Shown here piece by piece: positions 36,448-38,746 of a stretch of 38,746 bases of DNA. This stretch comes from a virus (taxonomy: Duplodnaviria; Caudoviricetes). The stretch covers positions 1 through 38,746 of IMG/VR virus record IMGVR_UViG_3300043173_000166, one strand, 5' to 3'. Numbering within the stretch: position 1 is the first letter of the stretch; each line of letters begins with the position of its first letter. The translations under genes were made by a program, and so were the position numbers. The notes under the pieces were generated by a model. It had not been told where the DNA came from and ran no database searches. It was given only the letters and a program-made list of their open reading frames with translations.

Positions 36448-37683
36448 CTAAAATCCTCCAAATCCACTAACCGCGCCCGCTACCGAAGCAGCTTGAGACA
36501 GCGCCCCTGCTGATGGCTGTAAAAATCCTGCCGCTGATGGCTGGCTTGCAAGTTGTGAGCCCTGACCTATTGATAAGTTAGATAGAATCGTAGCCAGTTG
36601 CTGTTGATCCGTAGCGCTTAAGTTACCGAATCCAGTCTGCAGGTTAGCTGCATTAATGCCAGCTCCACCTAAGATATCACTTAAGCCTGCACCACCTTGT
36701 TGCTGTAGGTTTTGCAAGTTGCTTGCGCCCTGCCCTAAAGCATTGCCCAGGTTAATACCGAAGCCTTCACGACCTCTAGCCACTTGACCTGCTGTGCCGC
36801 CTATTGCATTAGATTGATTAATGCCAAGATTGTTTAATAGGTTGCTCCCGGCCTGCCCGAAGTTAAACGCCTGCCCTGCCTGATTCTGTCCAAGATTGCC
36901 TAAAGTCTGTCCCTGTTGTCCGAATAAGCTGCCCTGTGCTTGGCCCAAGTTACCTATCAAACTAGACGATAACGCTGCTTGCTGGCCTCTTAGCTGTCCT
37001 ATCTGTCCTGATGCTTGCAGTCCTTGGCCTGACGTTTGAGCCAACCGGCCAAATTGATCACCCAGACTCTGACTTGCCAAGCCTTGTCCGAATCTTGCAG
37101 CTTCGCGTATGGTGTCACCGCTAAATCCACGTCGGCCAACGGATGAGGCTATTTGTCTCTGTCCTTGATCCTGTAAGAATTGATTAACAGGCTGAAGGTT
37201 CGCTAGTGCTTGCTGTTGAGCTTCTGGGCCTAATCCACCTGCTAAGGCGTTCTGTATATCAAACGCGCCCTGACCGCCTTGAGCAAAGCCCTGTAATGGT
37301 TGTACGCCTTGGCCTATCGCTTGATTGATGGCACCCAAACCCTGCTGCTGAGCTTGTTGTAACGCTTGCTGGCCTTGACCAAATGACCCCGATATGTCGC
37401 CTCTGGCTTGGTTAAATAGCTGGTTAGACTGATTCTGAGCGCCTTGCAAAGCACCAAATCCGGCTTGGCCGAATCTATCCAATGTGCCTAGCTGACCTTG
37501 TAACCCACCTTGCAGGGCTTGTTCTGAGCCTATCAGCCCGGTTTGCGGTACGCCAGGCGGTAGTGGCTGCTGGAATCCTTGTTGGGCTTGCAGCAATGAT
37601 TGGGGCTGACCTACCGGCTGAGGCTGTAACTGCTGCCCAAAACCTAGTGGTGGCTGTTGTAAATGTCCTGCTACGTGTGGCAT
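36448..37683 (-). CDS. DNA ejection protein (gp7-like), G/Q-rich
   Basis: G/Q/L low-complexity sequence; GRRGFSGDTIREAARFGQGLASQ motif. Confidence 0.65.
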   Translation of the reverse strand: MPHVAGHLQQPPLGFGQQLQPQPVGQPQSLLQAQQGFQQPLPPGVPQTGLIGSEQALQGGLQGQLGTLDRFGQAGFGALQGAQNQSNQLFNQARGDISGSFGQGQQALQQAQQQGLGAINQAIGQGVQPLQGFAQGGQGAFDIQNALAGGLGPEAQQQALANLQPVNQFLQDQGQRQIASSVGRRGFSGDTIREAARFGQGLASQSLGDQFGRLAQTSGQGLQASGQIGQLRGQQAALSSSLIGNLGQAQGSLFGQQGQTLGNLGQNQAGQAFNFGQAGSNLLNNLGINQSNAIGGTAGQVARGREGFGINLGNALGQGASNLQNLQQQGGAGLSDILGGAGINAANLQTGFGNLSATDQQQLATILSNLSIGQGSQLASQPSAAGFLQPSAGALSQAASVAGAVSGFGGF

Positions 37684-38279
37684 TAGAACCCACCTTTAAA
37701 AAGTTGATTTATATCAAATTGTTGAGCGAATGGATTTCCCGCTTGGCTTAAATTAACGCCGCCACTCTCACCGCCTATAGCAATGGGAGGCAGACCGGGG
37801 ACCGGAGTAGCGCCACCCGTAGGATTGAACTGACCAGCAGCAGGATTGAATGCAGGACCAGTAGTGCCCGCAATGCTAGGCTGCAACGGTTGATTCAAGA
37901 AGCTGAAATCAGGCTGAAACTGTTCTTGTGGCTGTAAAAACCCAAAGTCCACAGGTAATCCTAATAGGGCATTCTGTATTTGTTGTGGAGCTAGACCAGC
38001 GGTCGTCTGGGCTTGCAGGTTTCCCTGCTGGAACGCATTGAGTTGTTGAGGCACCGAACTAGCAAAGATATCTTGAGCTCCCTGGAAACCTTGTAGTCGA
38101 GACTGTGCCGCTTCTGGGAATAATCGATTAACGTCCTCCCTTGCCACATCGGTAGCCTGTCTAATGAATTCGCGATTAGCGGCATTTTCCTTCTGCTGAG
38201 CCTGTTGGCCGCCTCTGCCCTCATCACCGAATATAGTGTCCATTATTCCTGATAAAATACCCATTAGACTAATATCCAC
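37683..38279 (-). CDS. Putative ejection/pilot protein
   Basis: MGILSGIMDTIFG amphipathic N-terminus (start probably 38264), Q-rich. Confidence 0.55.
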   Translation of the reverse strand: MDISLMGILSGIMDTIFGDEGRGGQQAQQKENAANREFIRQATDVAREDVNRLFPEAAQSRLQGFQGAQDIFASSVPQQLNAFQQGNLQAQTTAGLAPQQIQNALLGLPVDFGFLQPQEQFQPDFSFLNQPLQPSIAGTTGPAFNPAAGQFNPTGGATPVPGLPPIAIGGESGGVNLSQAGNPFAQQFDINQLFKGGF

Positions 38280-38518
38280 CCTTTTGTTGCATCGCCCGCC
38301 CCGTCATCTGGGTCACGCTTAATGTATTTAATAGCTCCAGCTACACCTGCATCATCCATGTACTCTCTGCCCTGATCGGCTGTTACGACACCTTCAGGAC
38401 TGCCTGTTCCGATAAGTAACCCTGACTTCGTTACTTGTGTAGTAAATGCCCGCATGATCTGCGTCATTCGGCCCTGGTCGTCAGTAATAGGGTTGGCAGC
38501 GTTTAATTGGTTAATCAT
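38264..38518 (-). CDS. Short tail needle/plug-like protein (gp26 position)
   Basis: Follows hub; GTGSPEGVVTA..G..Y.D....Y.K......GW knob motif. Confidence 0.55.
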   Translation of the reverse strand: MINQLNAANPITDDQGRMTQIMRAFTTQVTKSGLLIGTGSPEGVVTADQGREYMDDAGVAGAIKYIKRDPDDGAGDATKGWILV

Positions 38519-38746
38519 CGTGAGCCCTGCCTGATATCCGCTTCCAGCTTAATAAAGACTTTCTTGGTCTTACCGCTGAATACAAACTTGAAGGTTTCAA
38601 AACGCTCTGCTCTGCCGTTTCTGTACCAAATTTGTCTAACTTGATATCTGCCACGCTTACCTACTTTTCTAGTTCTCTCATCGCCAAAAGTGTGCCCGTC
38701 TTCACTTCTGGACATCCTTACTACAGGCTCTGTATCGTCACTATTG
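38515..38746 (-). CDS. gp10-like hub, C-terminal part
   Basis: NSDDTEPVVRMSRSEDGHTFGDER...GKRGRY...WYRNG motif. Confidence 0.85.
   Translation of the reverse strand, partial: NSDDTEPVVRMSRSEDGHTFGDERTRKVGKRGRYQVRQIWYRNGRAERFETFKFVFSGKTKKVFIKLEADIRQGSR

Noticed and set aside
36448-37683. Collagen-like or tape-measure protein
   Set aside because: No Gly-X-Y register; podovirus context supports an ejection protein
32296-37751. Plus-strand ORFs opposite the tail and ejection genes
   Set aside because: Same antisense-shadow pattern
1-38746. Stop-codon reassignment
   Set aside because: Genes are long and tightly packed under the standard code, using all three stops

Overview
Near-complete, circularly permuted genome of a P22-like (short-tailed) dsDNA phage, probably infecting a marine Gammaproteobacterium (inference from the SutA-like, PL6 lyase and Fn3 genes). 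The minus-strand virion module runs terS-terL-portal-scaffold-coat-gp4-like adaptor-appendage-gp10-like hub (split across the window ends, a few bases missing), then needle-like, ejection, tail-appendage and lysis genes. A Cro-like gene, SSB, HNH, a split (nested alpha/beta) C5 methyltransferase and an O/P-like replication pair are also on the minus strand. The plus arm carries ERF, a YqaJ exonuclease, NinB, NinG, Lar-like and DEDD nuclease genes. No integrase, CI or Q is recognisable. Highlights: (1) a phased DnaA-box array between portal and scaffold; (2) a ~460-nt ORF-free, heavily base-paired element with a potential pseudoknot, plus an attenuator-like leader, upstream of the replication operon; (3) a ~6.8 kb head-spike/fibre cassette with an RcGTA-type spike base, a fibre with a C-terminal GIGIGI anchor, a PL6 lyase and a 21-aa-repeat protein; (4) a phage SutA-like RNAP binder. 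All family calls come from motif recognition by eye, not from searches.
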